From Octopus bimaculoides (taxonomy: Eukaryota), in assembly GCF_001194135.2 (NCBI RefSeq), contig NC_068989.1:63470124-63534123 (forward strand): DNA of 64,000 nucleotides, written 5' to 3'. A program made the translations under genes and the position numbers. Positions 51,021-64,000 of this stretch are shown one piece after another (within the stretch, counting starts at the first letter, position 1; each line of letters starts with the position of its first letter). The notes under the pieces were generated by a model. That model worked only from the letters and a program-made list of their open reading frames with translations. It made no database searches and was not told where the DNA came from.

Positions 51021-51788
51021 TGAAATCACAATACGTAATAGAGTAAAAGATGGAGAATATCTACGAGATTGTCATTGCCGGATTACTGGAATGTCTTTAA
51101 TCCTAGATCTATGCAATCAGATCATCGATAAGTTTATGCAACAAGAACACTCAACAACCAGCGTCAAAAATCTGCAAAAATCATATTTTCCATTATCACA
51201 TGTGCTGAACAAAATACACAAGCATGAAAACACGAGGTACTACTAAACGCTTTAATTTGTTACCTCGTTAAGTTTTCATCACATGAATCCTGAACCCTGT
51301 TTCGATTCTCACTAGGAAGTAACTTTATGAGCGACACTAAAATGATGAAATTACAATCATCTTAGAAAACTCACAAATTTTCTCACAAATGTCTTAAACA
51401 ATATTGGTTACTGCCTTCTATGTTAGAAATCATTATATTTGAAACTGTACAAAAATAATGTACAGATCATTTATTTGTTGTTGTTCTTCTTCTTTTTCTT
51501 CTTCTCCTTCTTGGACTTTGAACGAGATCATTTTTGATAAAGCAGAGTTCCTGCTATGAACCATACTCTCATGTTTCTCTGCACTATAGATCTAACGAAG
51601 ATTTGGTTGCTTTTTTCTAGGAGGAAAAGTAATGGCAAACAGAGACTGTTTTTCACTAGACAAGAGTAAATTCATACTTGTGATAGTTTATTGTTTGCAT
51701 CGTACATTAAAAAAAAAAGATTATTGTTTGCTTAATATATTTTTTGCCATTGATACGTTTCTTTTTGTTTAATTATTACTGTTATTTT

Positions 51789-52442
51789 AAGTCGAGAAGC
51801 TGGCATTCGTCAGTCTTCACATTCTAAGTTTAAATTCCATCAAATGTGACTTTACCTTTCAATTTTCCGGTGTCGATAACAATAATGCCAATCAAGTACT
51901 GGTAAATGTATAATTACCTTCTCGAGTCATACTGACACATAAAGGCCGGTTTTTTGGTTTCATGGATAGGATGCTGGTTCATCACAGGAATCCTCATTTT
52001 TGCCAGATGAGTGGACTCGAGCATCGTGAAATGAAGTGTTTTGCTCAAGAACAGGACGCGTCGCCCGGTCTAGGAATCGAAACCACAATCATATGATCCT
52101 GAGTCAAATACCCTAAACACTAAGCCACACTCTTCAACTATCAAGTACTGGCGTCGAGGTAATCGACTTCACTCCCCTCTAGAACTGGAGGTCCTCTTAT
52201 AAAATTTGAAACCATTATTAGTGGTACTTTAAGGCACCAACCTGGCGGAATCGTTAGCACGCAGCGCAAAGTCTTTAGCGTTAAATCGCCCGTTTTTGTG
52301 TTTAGACTTAAAATTCCACCGACGTTCACTTTGCCTTTCATACTTTGGAGGCCAGTGTAATATGTACTAGTGGGGTTGATATAATTGACTTGCGTTCTCT
52401 CCCAAAATATTAGGTCTTGTACATATTGTAGAAAGGATTATT
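51789..52442. mobile_element. SINE cluster: family A (+) 51789-51915, family D (-) 51932-52130, family A 3' tail (+) 52140-52219, family A (+) 52231-52442
   Basis: Each piece aligns by eye to other copies in this window. Confidence 0.75.
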
Positions 52443-53420
52443 GCTGTTCTGAATGCTACAGATACCTTAAGAGAGCCACACAGACAGACAATCTGTTAAC
52501 AGTTGCAAATATTAGCAAGGTAAGGTATTGTATATTACTCATGACGCTATGAAGACGACTGTCAAGCATAGTTTTCACTATAGCGTGGCGGAAATATCAT
52601 CCTGGCAATATATTGATATGTATCAAATCTCAGATTCATTCTTCCATAATAAGTAACAGAAATAAAGTTTAGAGTTGGTGGCCAATGGCAGAGAAAACGC
52701 CATCAACGTGGTACGAAATCAGGATTTCTGATATGATTACTATCTCTGCATGAAATTATTATTGGGAAAGGCTTTTTAATCAAGCAATTATGTCTTTAGG
52801 CCGTTTAATCTAATATAATAAGCAGTTTATATCTTTGGGAACAACATGCAGTTTTATGATAAATAGCTTTTATTAATGAAACCTCTATATCCCATTACCA
52901 GTATTACTGCTATTAAATATCGTTAAAACATGATCTCTCTGTAACCTATAAGGTCTTGAGAGCGGAAAATCGACTGAAATTTAAACAGCATTAAAAATTA
53001 ACATATTATTTTTTTTTCCAAAGCCTTTAATTACGTCAATATATAAATAAAAACTACAAAAATATGTTAAATAGTTCGTAAAATATATTAGTAGATTGCT
53101 TATACGTGATGTGGGTTATTGGAATGTGTAAAATTTGTTGGAATTATGCTCAAGATCTATCACAGTTGATGTGCTAGTGAATTTATTTTACTTTTATTCT
53201 TAATTATCTATCTCTTGATTTATTCAAATGGCTCTTCTGTCAAGTGCAATTATTTTTGCTTAACTCGATTCACAAGGTCAAAATTTCTACTAATCAATAC
53301 TCCTAAAGTGTTAATTTAATAAATTTTAATATTCTTCATCGAATTATCGAAACCAATATCTTTTCTTTCCTCATCACTTTCTACCTCTTACACATTATTC
53401 CTCCCACACACACGCACACA

Positions 53421-53513
<93 letters not shown>

Positions 53514-53516
53514 TCT
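53421..53516. repeat. (CT)n microsatellite
   Basis: About 45 units. Confidence 0.97.
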
Positions 53517-54606
53517 ATCGCGTTATTCGTTTTGCATTTATAATGTGAAGTGTTTCTTTGCTCGTTATGTTTTAACGCGTTTGCCTTGCTAATTATACGT
53601 ATAGCATGTTTTGCTCATGTCGTTTTTTTTCCTAATAGTTAATAGGCCAACTTCAAGCATGAATATTCTAATTATCATTATAATGATATTAACAAGAGTA
53701 GGTGCATTTTTATGTCTACCTGAGATGGTTTCCTGTAGCCGTTTGTTCGAACAAAATGAAGGATCTGAATGGGATATAAAGTGTGGTGGAATGCAGTAAA
53801 ATTAAGATAAGATTTGTTGAATCGTGTCCCTCGCCCGCTTTAGATTTGTGATTTAAAGAATTAGCATCTATTTCAATTTTATTGCGTATAATTTTTGAAT
53901 GTATGAAGATCACAGAATCACGTTTCAAAAATGCAAACATCTGAAAGCACTTGCATGCGTAGGGAATTGTTAAATATAATTATACCTGATATGTGAAGTT
54001 AAGTCATATGCATTTCAATAAAAAGCAAAGTACAAATGACTGATTCTTTAAGAAACACCGTATGGTTGTTTTGTCCTTATTGCATCTAATTTATAAGTTT
54101 TTTTAATTTCTTTTCAACATACATACATACATACATACATACATACATACATACATACATACATACATACGTATTGTCACAAATGTCACCTATCTTATCG
54201 ATGTGAATCTCTTTGAAAATTAAAGAGAAAGAGATATATACAAACAAGTGTTTCGAAACCTCCAGCTTTTATATACAAATTACGAATTTACATTTATACC
54301 TACAATTATTGGTGCACATGGTTTGGGAGTAAATACTCAAGTGACAATTTGGATAAGCTAGGGTTTTCCGAAAAAGAAATCAACCAAGAACGTCGTACAT
54401 TACAAACACAATCTCTAAGTTGAACTCTAAAAATATGCAATTTTTTTCCCAAATGTAAAATGAGAAATTCTTGTATTTATCTACATTCCAAAGTTGCAAG
54501 TTTCTATATTTGTTAGAGGAAGAATCTGAATAAGTAAAAACAGAAGCGAATATAAATGCACACACAAATACATATAGAGATACCACACACATACACACAC
54601 ACTTTA

Positions 54607-54641
<35 letters not shown>

Positions 54642-55049
54642 ATATATATATATNNNNNNNNNNNNNNNNNNNNNNNNNNNNNNNNNNNNNNNNNNNNNNN
54701 NNNNNNNNNNNNNNNNNNNNNNNNNNNNNNNNNNNNNNNNNNNNNNNNNNNNNNNNNNNNNNNNNNNNNNNNNNNNNNNNNNNNNNNNNNNNNNNNNNNN
54801 NNNNNNNNNNNNNNNNNNNNNNNNNNNNNNNNNNNCAAGCATTTATAGAACACGTATACTATAGAAACTCAACAAATAATTAAAAATGGAGAAGAGAAGG
54901 TGTTAAAAGTTTTATGAAATTTTAATCCGTGCATACGATCGTTTCGAACGGTAATATTAACTTGTAAGAAATATGGAAAAAAAATTTTAAAGTTTATTAA
55001 ATTATAATTAAATTAATTACATATTACCGTTCTCCTCAATGCGGAAGAA

Positions 55050-55087
55050 GAATACATCAAAAAGAATACATCAAAAAGAATACATCA
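55050..55087. repeat. 14-bp tandem repeat, 2.7 copies
   Basis: GAATACATCAAAAA units starting at 55050, 55064 and 55078. Confidence 0.9.
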
Positions 55088-55298
55088 GAAGTATATTATA
55101 TTGTTACAGAAGACTAGATGGAGAGTCATATGACATGTTTGGATATTCATAATATGATTTTGAAAGATGAAAGATAAAACATGCTTAGGTAGTATTGAGT
55201 TTAGTTGTGTATGGATTATAACTCTTAAAATAGTAAGCTACCAATTTAATATGAAAAATACCTTAGGAATAAGAATCCAGGTTCGAAATTTCCCCCAA

Positions 55299-55344
55299 GA
55301 CACCTGATGAAGGCTGGAGGGTATATCAGCCTACACGTTGTGTT
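55299..55344 (+). ncRNA. Inactivated minimal type I hammerhead ribozyme of PLE type
   Basis: GACAC-CTGATGA-A-GGCTG(gagggtatat)CAGCC-TACA-CGT-T-GTGTT: stems I and II pair and stem III is the palindrome ACGT, but GAAA is mutated to TACA. Confidence 0.7.
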
Positions 55345-55672
55345 AACAACAAATAAGACGAGGACACATATCCGTTAATTGTAGATAATGTAAATAATGT
55401 TGATTATTTACCTTTGAAACTCCACTAGTCGTGGTTGACCATGTTTAAATTTACCTGATGAAATCTGCATGATATAATGCCTGACGTAATCTTCTATGAT
55501 TACATTAAATAAAGATTTCTTTTTATGATATGTGAGTGTGCACGCGTGCGTGTGTGCGTGTGTGTGTGCGCACGTGCGTTTCTGTGCGTGAGTGCGTGCG
55601 TGTGTGCGCGCGTGCGTTTCTGTGCGTGAGTGCGTGTGCGTACACATATACGTAACTAGCTAGCTAGCTAGC

Positions 55673-55709
<37 letters not shown>

Positions 55710-58700
55710 GCTTATTTCCTTCAATATTCCCTTTTTTTTTTCAAGCTGTAATTGCAATGGCAATACTCATTTCAGCTAATTTTTAAGTGATGCATTAAAT
55801 AGAGAATCTAGAAAATAGAGAATAGAAGTAAGAACGGAGGCGATCCCAGTGAAGAATAGTTTTAGAGATTGAGCGGTGTATTTGACCAAAGCTGTTATTT
55901 CAAATGAAGAATTTAACGATAAAACAACAATTCTATTAAAATATACTAGAATTAATATAAATTTTATCGTTAATTTTCATTTTCGATTCTGCTACGTCTG
56001 TCACTATTTTCGTTTCTTATATAGAGAGTACATTAACAATGCACACGATTTATGTAACCCCGCTGTAATTCTAAATTAAAACCCCTTTGTTGCTTTTGCT
56101 CAGGCCCAGAACAGACATGATTGGGCAGACATTCCATTTAAGGCTCACCAATGATTATTACTCGAGTCATTTTTAAAGGATGTGTTTCTAGTTTTACATT
56201 ATTAAATTTGTTCGTAAACAGATATCCGGCACTAAGCTTAAATCCTAACATGCATGAATCCGCAGTTCAAATAATGTTATTGGTAAGAGGCCAAAAAATA
56301 TTATGAGGCTCTCTAATATGCGGAAAAACACATTTTAGCGTCATTACAGAAAGAACTTCCTGTGACAAAATTCTCGTGCGACACGTTTATGTTTTGTGTT
56401 TGCAGTTTAGCTAAATGTTTCCGGATTATGCTTCCTTCAGCTCTTGAGCTTAATGGTAGTTAATACCGCAAGCTGTGTTAGAATTCGTTAATATCATTTA
56501 TTAATTATTCCTTTATTAATATTTATTTATCAATGTCTTAATTAAGAAATCGATGCCCAAAAATCGATATCTTGTAAATATATGTGAAAATACTTGCGTG
56601 GAACCAACTTAACTGCATTCAAACTATACTAGCGAGTAAAAGAGCATGACAACAGTTAGAAACCAACAACTGGAGAAAACATTATTTCGTATCTACAAAT
56701 TTCATCCGTTTTACACTGGACGAACCACGTTTCTTCAAAATGTCTAGTTTCTAAAAGGATTGAATAATTTTTTATAGAAAATAAAAGAAAAAGTACATGG
56801 TTTCAAGGTGCTTAGCTACTACTTCATTCACCCTAATCTTTCTAATGCAGGAACCTCTAACCGTTTTCTGAAAACATTATTTATCACCGAATATGGTATT
56901 ATTTTTGCAGGTTGTTTAAGGCTGAAACCTGCTTCGTTATAGTACAATTTATTGACAAGCGAAGAACATCTAGATCAGAATTAGGCTCGGTATGCCCATA
57001 CCTTAAAACGACATTGACTGAGACAACATAACAGTGTGTTGTACGATTTTTTTCCTTGGGTAACTACTGTTGTTACCTATTTGTTTACCCCCAGAAACTA
57101 TTTTTAAAATGTCTAATATTTCCTTCAAACTTTGATTTTGTTACATTTATTTAAACCCCCAAATCCTTCTGAAAACAAGGCTATGATGCTTTCCCAGTAC
57201 TCCTGCTCATGAACAAAAATGCACGAATTGTCAACCACTAAGAGACATGCTCAAGTGGTTAAGGTCAAGCCACTGACAAACAGATCTGTGGTATTGAGCA
57301 GAATATTTGTTAAAACGATATTTCTAGTTCAGCAACTTAGCGATGATTCTATCTGAAATGCAATGGAAAATAGTCAGTTCGAAAACATTGATGTCCAGGT
57401 CACAAAATCAATGTTTGAAGGGAATAATAGTCATTCCCTTTGATTTCTAGATAGAAGCAACTAGGAAATAACACTGATCAAAGGCAAAAAAAGTAAAATT
57501 TTGTTATACAGTATTATTTGTGCACCGATAATTTTCAATACATTACTTTTCAATACTAAAACATTTCCAAAACATATTAGAAATGGTTACTCTGTTTCCA
57601 AACATAATAATATACTGAACACTAACTTTACGTATTGCTTAAGCATATGGAAGTATTATTATTCTAAAAGGGAAAACTAATCTATATTATTTTTAAATAA
57701 TTAAATTATTAATACACAGTTTGTATATTTGATATCAAGTTGCTTCGCACAACGACAAGTAAGATGCATCTTGGTTATGTGACAACGTGATAGCTCTTTG
57801 AATTCCAGTCACTGCTAATATATTTCACTCCTAAATCTATGACTTTGTCAAATATATAAGTCTCTAAGACCATTGATAACAGATGTATGGATATCGGGGA
57901 ATCAGATTCACTTTACATTTGTTACTATAAATTAGTCAAATATCTCTACAGTAGAAAGACTATAAAAAAAGAAATTATCCAGTAATTTTGACATGAAACC
58001 ACCCTCACCGGATTTGAACTCAGGAGACAAATAAACTTGATTTAATCTCACACCAGCTGTTTAGGTCTAATGCAGTTACATAACTACAGTGTTGTACGAC
58101 TCGATAATCTAATGTTTTCCACCGGATTCTCTTTCTCCCACTCTCTCTGTTTCTCTCCTGCCCTGTCTCTACTGTGCATGTAATTCTGTAATTCACTAGA
58201 TTTTCTAAAGAAAGGTCGACATGATACATCCAAGGTATAATGAGCATCGTACAGTAATACGTTTCTTATAAACTGTGGTGCATTACATTTCAGTGACAAT
58301 AAGAATGAAATTAATATCGCATTTAGTGAAGAAGCTATTGTGAACTCCGACACAAGCTGGAATGGACCTAAAGGAAATACGAGGACAGGAAATGATAAAG
58401 GCTTAAATACTCCATCCGGACAAAACTTTCATTTGAAGCAGACATCCTGGAAACAGCAGCTGAACAATTAATTTAAATAATGCATAGGATAATAGAAACT
58501 TTAATAATTCGTAATGGGAATTAGCAGTATGATGTAATCAGTAGTTCCAATGCAATTATCTTGGCCTTACTTGAGAATTCATTACATACGCATTTATGAA
58601 AGAGTACTTCTTGCTAGTGAATGAATCTCACCATATTAGCTTCATAGTCTCTGCCGATCCACTACAACACTGAAGTTCAGAGACAACTTTGTATCGTTGT

Positions 58701-59348
58701 CGATGTTGTTGTTGTCGTTGTCGTCGTCGTTGCTACTATGACAACAACCAATTTCATTGCTGTTGTTATTGTTGTTAGCATTGATATGACTTCGTACTCG
58801 TGGTTATAGCAAATTCAACCATTTTTGTATGGAAATCTTAACTCGGAACCTGGTGAATGTAATAATAATAGTAACAAATCACTCTTTTCATCATTATTAT
58901 CAGCAGCAGTAGCTGTTGGAACAACAACAACAGCAGCAACAACAGCAGCAACAACAGCATTAATCCTCTCCTACACCAATGTTGTTGTCATTATGAAGGG
59001 CGTCTTATATAGAATGGGTAGAGTTATTGAACACGTTATCAAAGAAACATATATGTAGGTAGGTATGAGCGTGTGGGCGTTGTAGTTCATACCATTTCCC
59101 ATATTAACAAATGGTCGTGCAAGACACACTATAAGTATTCTGTAGATTGGAAAATAAGAGTTATTATGGGAAGCTGTCTTTACCAGTCTTATATCATTTT
59201 TATCTTGTGTTCAATTCTTGCCAAAAATGGGTTTTGCTTTCTATTCATACATAGAACATGAAATAAAGGACAAGTAAATTGAATTTTAATCTACACAAAA
59301 ATATATTTTCTTTTCTTTTTTTCCATACATGTGTGCAATTGCTCCTAT

Positions 59349-59470
59349 GTACTTAATTTATCGACCCGGAAACCGATTTCAGCGGAATTTGAACTCAGAA
59401 TGTAGTGATGGATGACATGTCGGTAAGCATTTCGCCCGACGTTCTAACGATTCTGCCAGCTCACTGCTTT
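59349..59470 (-). mobile_element. SINE family A, internally deleted
   Basis: GCGGAATTTGAACTCAG and CTAACGATTCTGCCAGCTC match the family. Confidence 0.85.
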
Positions 59471-59479
59471 AATAATATC

Positions 59480-59558
<79 letters not shown>

Positions 59559-59570
59559 CAATAATAATAA
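59471..59570. repeat. (AAT)n microsatellite (tail of the next SINE)
   Basis: Direct reading. Confidence 0.97.
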
Positions 59571-59768
59571 TTCTTTCTACTATAGGCGCAAGGCCTGAAA
59601 TTTTGAGGACATCGACCCCCAGTACTCAACTGGTACTTAATTCATCGACCCAGAAAGGATGAAAGGCAAAGTCGACCTCTTCGGAATTTGAACTCAAAAT
59701 GTAGTAACGAACAAAATACTACTAAGCATTTCACCCGGCATGCTAACGATTCTGCTAGCTCACCGCTT
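59571..59768 (-). mobile_element. SINE family A
   Basis: GAAAGGATGAAAGGCAAAGTCGACC core; (TTA)n tail on the minus strand. Confidence 0.9.
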
Positions 59769-59777
59769 AATGATAGC

Positions 59778-59795
59778 AACAACAACAACAACAAC

Positions 59796-59867
<72 letters not shown>
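59778..59867. repeat. (AAC)n(AAT)n microsatellite
   Basis: Direct reading. Confidence 0.97.
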
Positions 59868-59868
<1 letters not shown>

Positions 59869-60380
59869 TGTGAAGATGGACAAGAAACAATAAATCATAT
59901 TATCTCTGGCTTCCCAGTTCTATCTAAGAAGGAATATATTACAGACACGACAGAGCTGGGACCTACATACACTGGAAGCTATGCCAACACTATGGAATAA
60001 CAACAGAAAAAAGATGGTATAAACACACCCCAGAGAAGGTCACAAAACGAGAAAGCAACCATACTCTGGGATATGCCAAAACACACAAATAGAGAAATTA
60101 AGGCCAATATGCCAGATATAGTTATCAGAGATCATGAAGGAAAAAAAAATGCTTTTTAATTGATGTATCAATACCAGCAGATGACGTTTCTCTAAAAGAA
60201 ATGGAAAAACTTTCAAAATACAAAGACCTGGAAATAAAGGTAACTCGAATGTGGAATCTAAAAATAGAAACAATTCCTATCAATGTAGGCACCTTAGGTA
60301 TGATAAAAAAATATTCGGACAAATACATAACATAGACACCAGGACTTACAAGTATATATAACATACAGAAAATTGCACTA
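59868..60380 (+). mobile_element. RLE-type LINE (R4/Dong-like) C-terminal fragment: zinc knuckle plus restriction-like endonuclease
   Basis: CEDGQETINHIISG...RHDRAGTYIHWKLC...ATILWD...ANMPDIVIRD...CFLIDVSIP...KEMEKLSKYKDL...IPINVGTLG...IQKIAL (PD-D/ExK-type RLE motif); flanked by (TAA)n on both sides. Confidence 0.88.
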
Positions 60381-60408
60381 ATAATAATAATAATAATAAT
60401 AATAATTT

Positions 60409-60690
60409 CAAGTGAGAAATACGATGGTTGCGGTCAATGAGGTGAGTACCAATAGAAATTGGTGCACAAGGAAGTATCAGCATTCAACTACCAGAATGTT
60501 TCCAAGAGATTAGTACAAATTCAAACATAGAAAATCCACAAAAATCAGCACAGCTTGGAACTGCGAGAATTCTTTGCTGGTTTCTTGAAGCATGACCAGT
60601 AAACACGTGTAAACTGAGTCCCCCGATGCCTTAGACATCTGGTACTTTCCATCATATCACTGAAAATGAAGTGAGAAATCTGAGGCAATG
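60409..60690 (+). mobile_element. Extreme 3' end and UTR of a second RLE-type LINE
   Basis: IGAQGS...QKSAQLGTARILCWFLEA* (stop 60593-60595) matches the QKSALLGTARILR C-terminus. Confidence 0.7.
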
Positions 60691-61562
60691 GGGAACTGTA
60701 GACCGCCATAGAGCACCTTCAGTAGCTTGCCTATTGTATTGTGGCACTATTGATATGCTTCTCAAAGGAGTCAGATTAGCATGGCCTTTCGTTGTCAAAC
60801 CTAATAATCACGACTGAGGAAAATAATGACTCCAAATTTAGTTGACGTGTCAATAGGAAAATATCGGTCTTATAGAATGAAACTATGTCTTGAACACAAC
60901 TTGCCAACTCCTTTGACTCTAGATTACGGCTAACTTTCATTGGTTGTATGTTAGTTGCCAAGAGGATATTTTTTCTCTACGAATAGTCAGATTAATATGT
61001 TAATATATCGAAATCAACCTGTCATAAAATCATTTAAAGTAAATGTACAGACAGTTTATCAAATGTAATGCTGACAAAATTTCATATACTCACATGCATA
61101 TTTTGACTTTTCTTTTTATTCTGCATGTGTGAGCGACAATAAAATCTTCTATTTATTCTTGACAGTTTTTCAATTAAATGTATCTGATTTTTAAGCCACC
61201 AATTTATTCTTAATCTTTTATCACTGACCGACCGGATAGTATCATTTATAGCAAGTACATCAGCAAAACCTTGCTGAAAGCTTGGTTTCTCTTCAGTGTG
61301 GCGAACACGTTGAAATAATCAGGCATTGATGGAGTTATTTTTCATTTGACATTGGCAGAACTAATGTTACCTGCATACCAAATAGTTATTTTGAATGAAT
61401 AGCATTCCAAATTAAAATTTCAATATTCTGTAAAGCACATTTAAATCGAAACTCAATTAATGTTAGCTGCACAGAAATGCATTTGGTATGTAATTACTTA
61501 GTATTGGAGAGAAATTCTTTAGACTGTCTCAAATTTACGAAGCTCGTTTAAATAATGACCGT

Positions 61563-61663
61563 ATTTCAATTCTTAATTGAAGCTAATTTCAATTCTTAAT
61601 TGAAGCTAATTTCAATTCTTAATTGAAGCTAATTTCAATTCTTAATTGAAGCTAATTTCAATT
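61563..61663. repeat. Perfect 23-bp minisatellite, 4.4 copies, each unit internally palindromic
   Basis: Unit ATTTCAATTCTTAATTGAAGCTA at 61563, 61586, 61609 and 61632, partial at 61655; contains TTCAATT-ctt-AATTGAA. Confidence 0.97.
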
Positions 61664-63689
61664 TATTTAAACCAAAATTCATTGGAACAAAACTCATGAA
61701 CGTCACAACTTCAGTTCACACCGTTCTAATTTCCGTAGACTTTTCATTCTTCAAATTGATGATTGATGATTGATTATCATCGATTGATGATAATAAATTA
61801 TATATAGAACCTTTTATATATCTCCAAGAATTTGGTAACAACGTTAGAGTGCGTTATGTTATTATCCTTGACTGATTCCCGCGTTCAAATCTTGCCCACG
61901 ACAAAGTGATTTTGCAGCAGTGAAGTTGAGAAAGTAAAACATTAGTCACACTTAGGAGGATTGAGAAGCTAATTGCATCTGTTCTCCAATATCAAGATCC
62001 AAAATAACACAATTAAAGAGTGGTACGATTCGCGCTAATACCACGTCATACACGATTCCCAGTGACAGGCCAATTAGTATTATAATTTACCATTAGATAC
62101 ATGGCTGCCTACACGTTCATGTAATACGCACACTCACACACCCACGCAGACACGCACGCACACACACATACACACGCACAGACACAAGCAACTAAGTATG
62201 TATTTATATATATGTTTGTATGATCCATTGTGCCCTGTCTTTAAGTTAGACGTTGGGATGTGATTGATACGAAAGTTGCTTGCTGAGGAATTCTGAGTTA
62301 AAGATGGAGGGCGTGATATGTAGTAGGAGGAAGAGTTGCGCACGTTTCGACTATGCCTATAGCTATGCTAACTACTTGCAGAAAGGGAGCATAGCAACCT
62401 TAATACATAGAATAAATTCGCTTTGAGCGTAGTGTTTCTTCTGGGTTCTTACAAAGATCTTATACCGAAAATTACGATAAAACACTGTATTTAACTTTTT
62501 ATTAAACAGTAATTATTAATTGTCCTCTTGTTGCTTTAAAAGCGCCACAGCGTCTTTTCCGTATTTTCCCTAATTACATCTCAGCACAAATATAAATTAC
62601 ATGTTTAGTAACCCAAGCAACACCTGCTGTATATCCTCTCGTTTCCAATAGCGTCAAGGACGCCCACATCTTTGTTGATCCTTTCACAGTCGGATACACA
62701 AGCGTGTAATATACGTGGGAAAATTACAATAAAACCTTTGTGCAAATTTATATTTTACACTAATTACTGAACAATATTTATGTTTGTCGTTTTAAAGCTA
62801 CTGCAGATTTTGAATCTTGAAATAAATGTGGAAGGATAACAATAAAAAATTCCGTGTGTAAATATTTAACACCAGGATAAACACTTGTTTTAATTTATCG
62901 AATAGAAATAAATTTACCTTTGTTGTTTTATCTCAATTTGTTTTGTTGAATTCGTTTGTCCTCCGGATTTCGCTCGGCCATATCAGAAAATTACTTTCAT
63001 TTACTGCAAATGATAATGGTGGAGTGTTGGTCGAAAATGAGCTTCATTTGTTTTTAAATTACAATAGCTTTAAAATATTGTCTTCATTAGTTTAAAATTA
63101 AAAATGTCTAAAGCATAATTATTGCTGTTATCATTCAATCATTGCATAAATTTCTATCATTTTATGTCACGCTGATGCATATATTTTATCGCTCGATCTG
63201 CTAGCGATCGAAAATAAATCTTATACTCACACTGTTCTGATTTAAACAACAAATGACAACAAAAAAATCTAAGCTAAACAATTTACAAACAGCGCCACCT
63301 AACCTCAGCAACAACAACAATTGTAACAACGTTATAATAATTGAATAGAAACTCAAATATAAACAACAATGACAACAAAATTGTTCTTCATTTTTACTCT
63401 CAAAATGACACCTCTGACAAACAAATATGTTTAACTACATGAAAATAATTCATTAACGTAAGTATGGGCTTTCATAAGTTGGGATTTTAACAGAAACTGT
63501 CCGTAACGTGTGTCGTATAAAGATGGAAACAAGCATCTGAGGTCACAGTGGAAGGCAGAGAGTTTTAGGATTTGTTTCCAAATGACTGAGAGTCGGCTTT
63601 AAAAATTATTATAAAAGCTATATATTTTTTAACACTAACTTTTATCTTTTATATTTTCTTTGTTTCAGTATTTAGAGAACGGCCATTCT

Positions 63690-64000
63690 AGGGTTCGTCC
63701 TTTAGCAATTTTAGTTGAATTTGTCGATCCCAGTAGTCGTTAGTCTTGTTTTTATAAAGCCTCCTTTTTCTATTGGTGTCTGTCTCTCTTCTGCCGAACC
63801 GCTAAGCAACGGAGACATAAGCAAACCAGCATCGGTCGTCAAGATGTGGTAAGATACAAACACATGCGTGAAGACACGCACACATAGAAATATACTTATA
63901 CGACGGGTTTCTTTCGGTTCCCGTCTACCAAATCCATTTCCCGAGGCTTAACGTGCCTCACAATGGAACTGAACCTGGAGCCATATGGCTGGGAAGTAAA
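63690..64000 (-). mobile_element. SINE family B, decayed, running off the window end
   Basis: GCCGAACCGCTAAG and CGACGGGTTTCTTTCGGTTCCCGTCTACCAAATCC match 19985-20384. Confidence 0.85.

Noticed and set aside
50279-51246. Mucin-like Thr/Pro/Gly-rich ORFs
   Set aside because: Products of (GGT)n/(GTT)n low-complexity DNA spanning an N gap; open on several frames and both strands.
58825-59058. 77-aa ORF with Ala/Thr runs
   Set aside because: Driven by (ACA)/(GCA) low-complexity repeats; no recognisable domain.
60776-60961. VIIRFDNERPC, resembling mariner HDNARPH
   Set aside because: A single short motif with no other mariner motifs in the correct order.
61563-61663. CRISPR-like palindromic direct repeats
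   Set aside because: Units are contiguous with no spacers, the context is eukaryotic and there are no cas genes.

Overview
AT-rich, gap-ridden (16 N runs) eukaryotic draft-genome sequence with no long ORF and no host gene I can recognise. Nearly all ORFs in the supplied track are microsatellite or N-gap artefacts. The repeat repertoire (four tRNA-derived SINE families, dense (TA)n/(TG)n/(AAT)n/(TAGA)n microsatellites) matches what I recall of octopus genomes; this is an inference, not a database result. The window is a transposon graveyard: decayed mariner and Tc1 transposases (one with DD36E spacing), hAT-like and Chapaev-like transposase fragments, RTE and R4/Dong-like LINE fragments, and two 5'-truncated Penelope-like elements (PLEs) with inverted terminal repeats. 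The most interesting signal is non-coding. A ~470-bp repeat present twice (about 9790-10258 on + and 15514-15985 on -) carries all three hammerhead-ribozyme core strands (GUC cleavage triplet, GAAA, CUGAUGA) with matching stems, but in an order that is not a circular permutation of the canonical hammerhead. It is a candidate 'jumbled', pseudoknotted hammerhead. Two further decayed canonical type I hammerheads and several long fold-back elements are also present. All family assignments come from manual translation and motif recall and need database confirmation.
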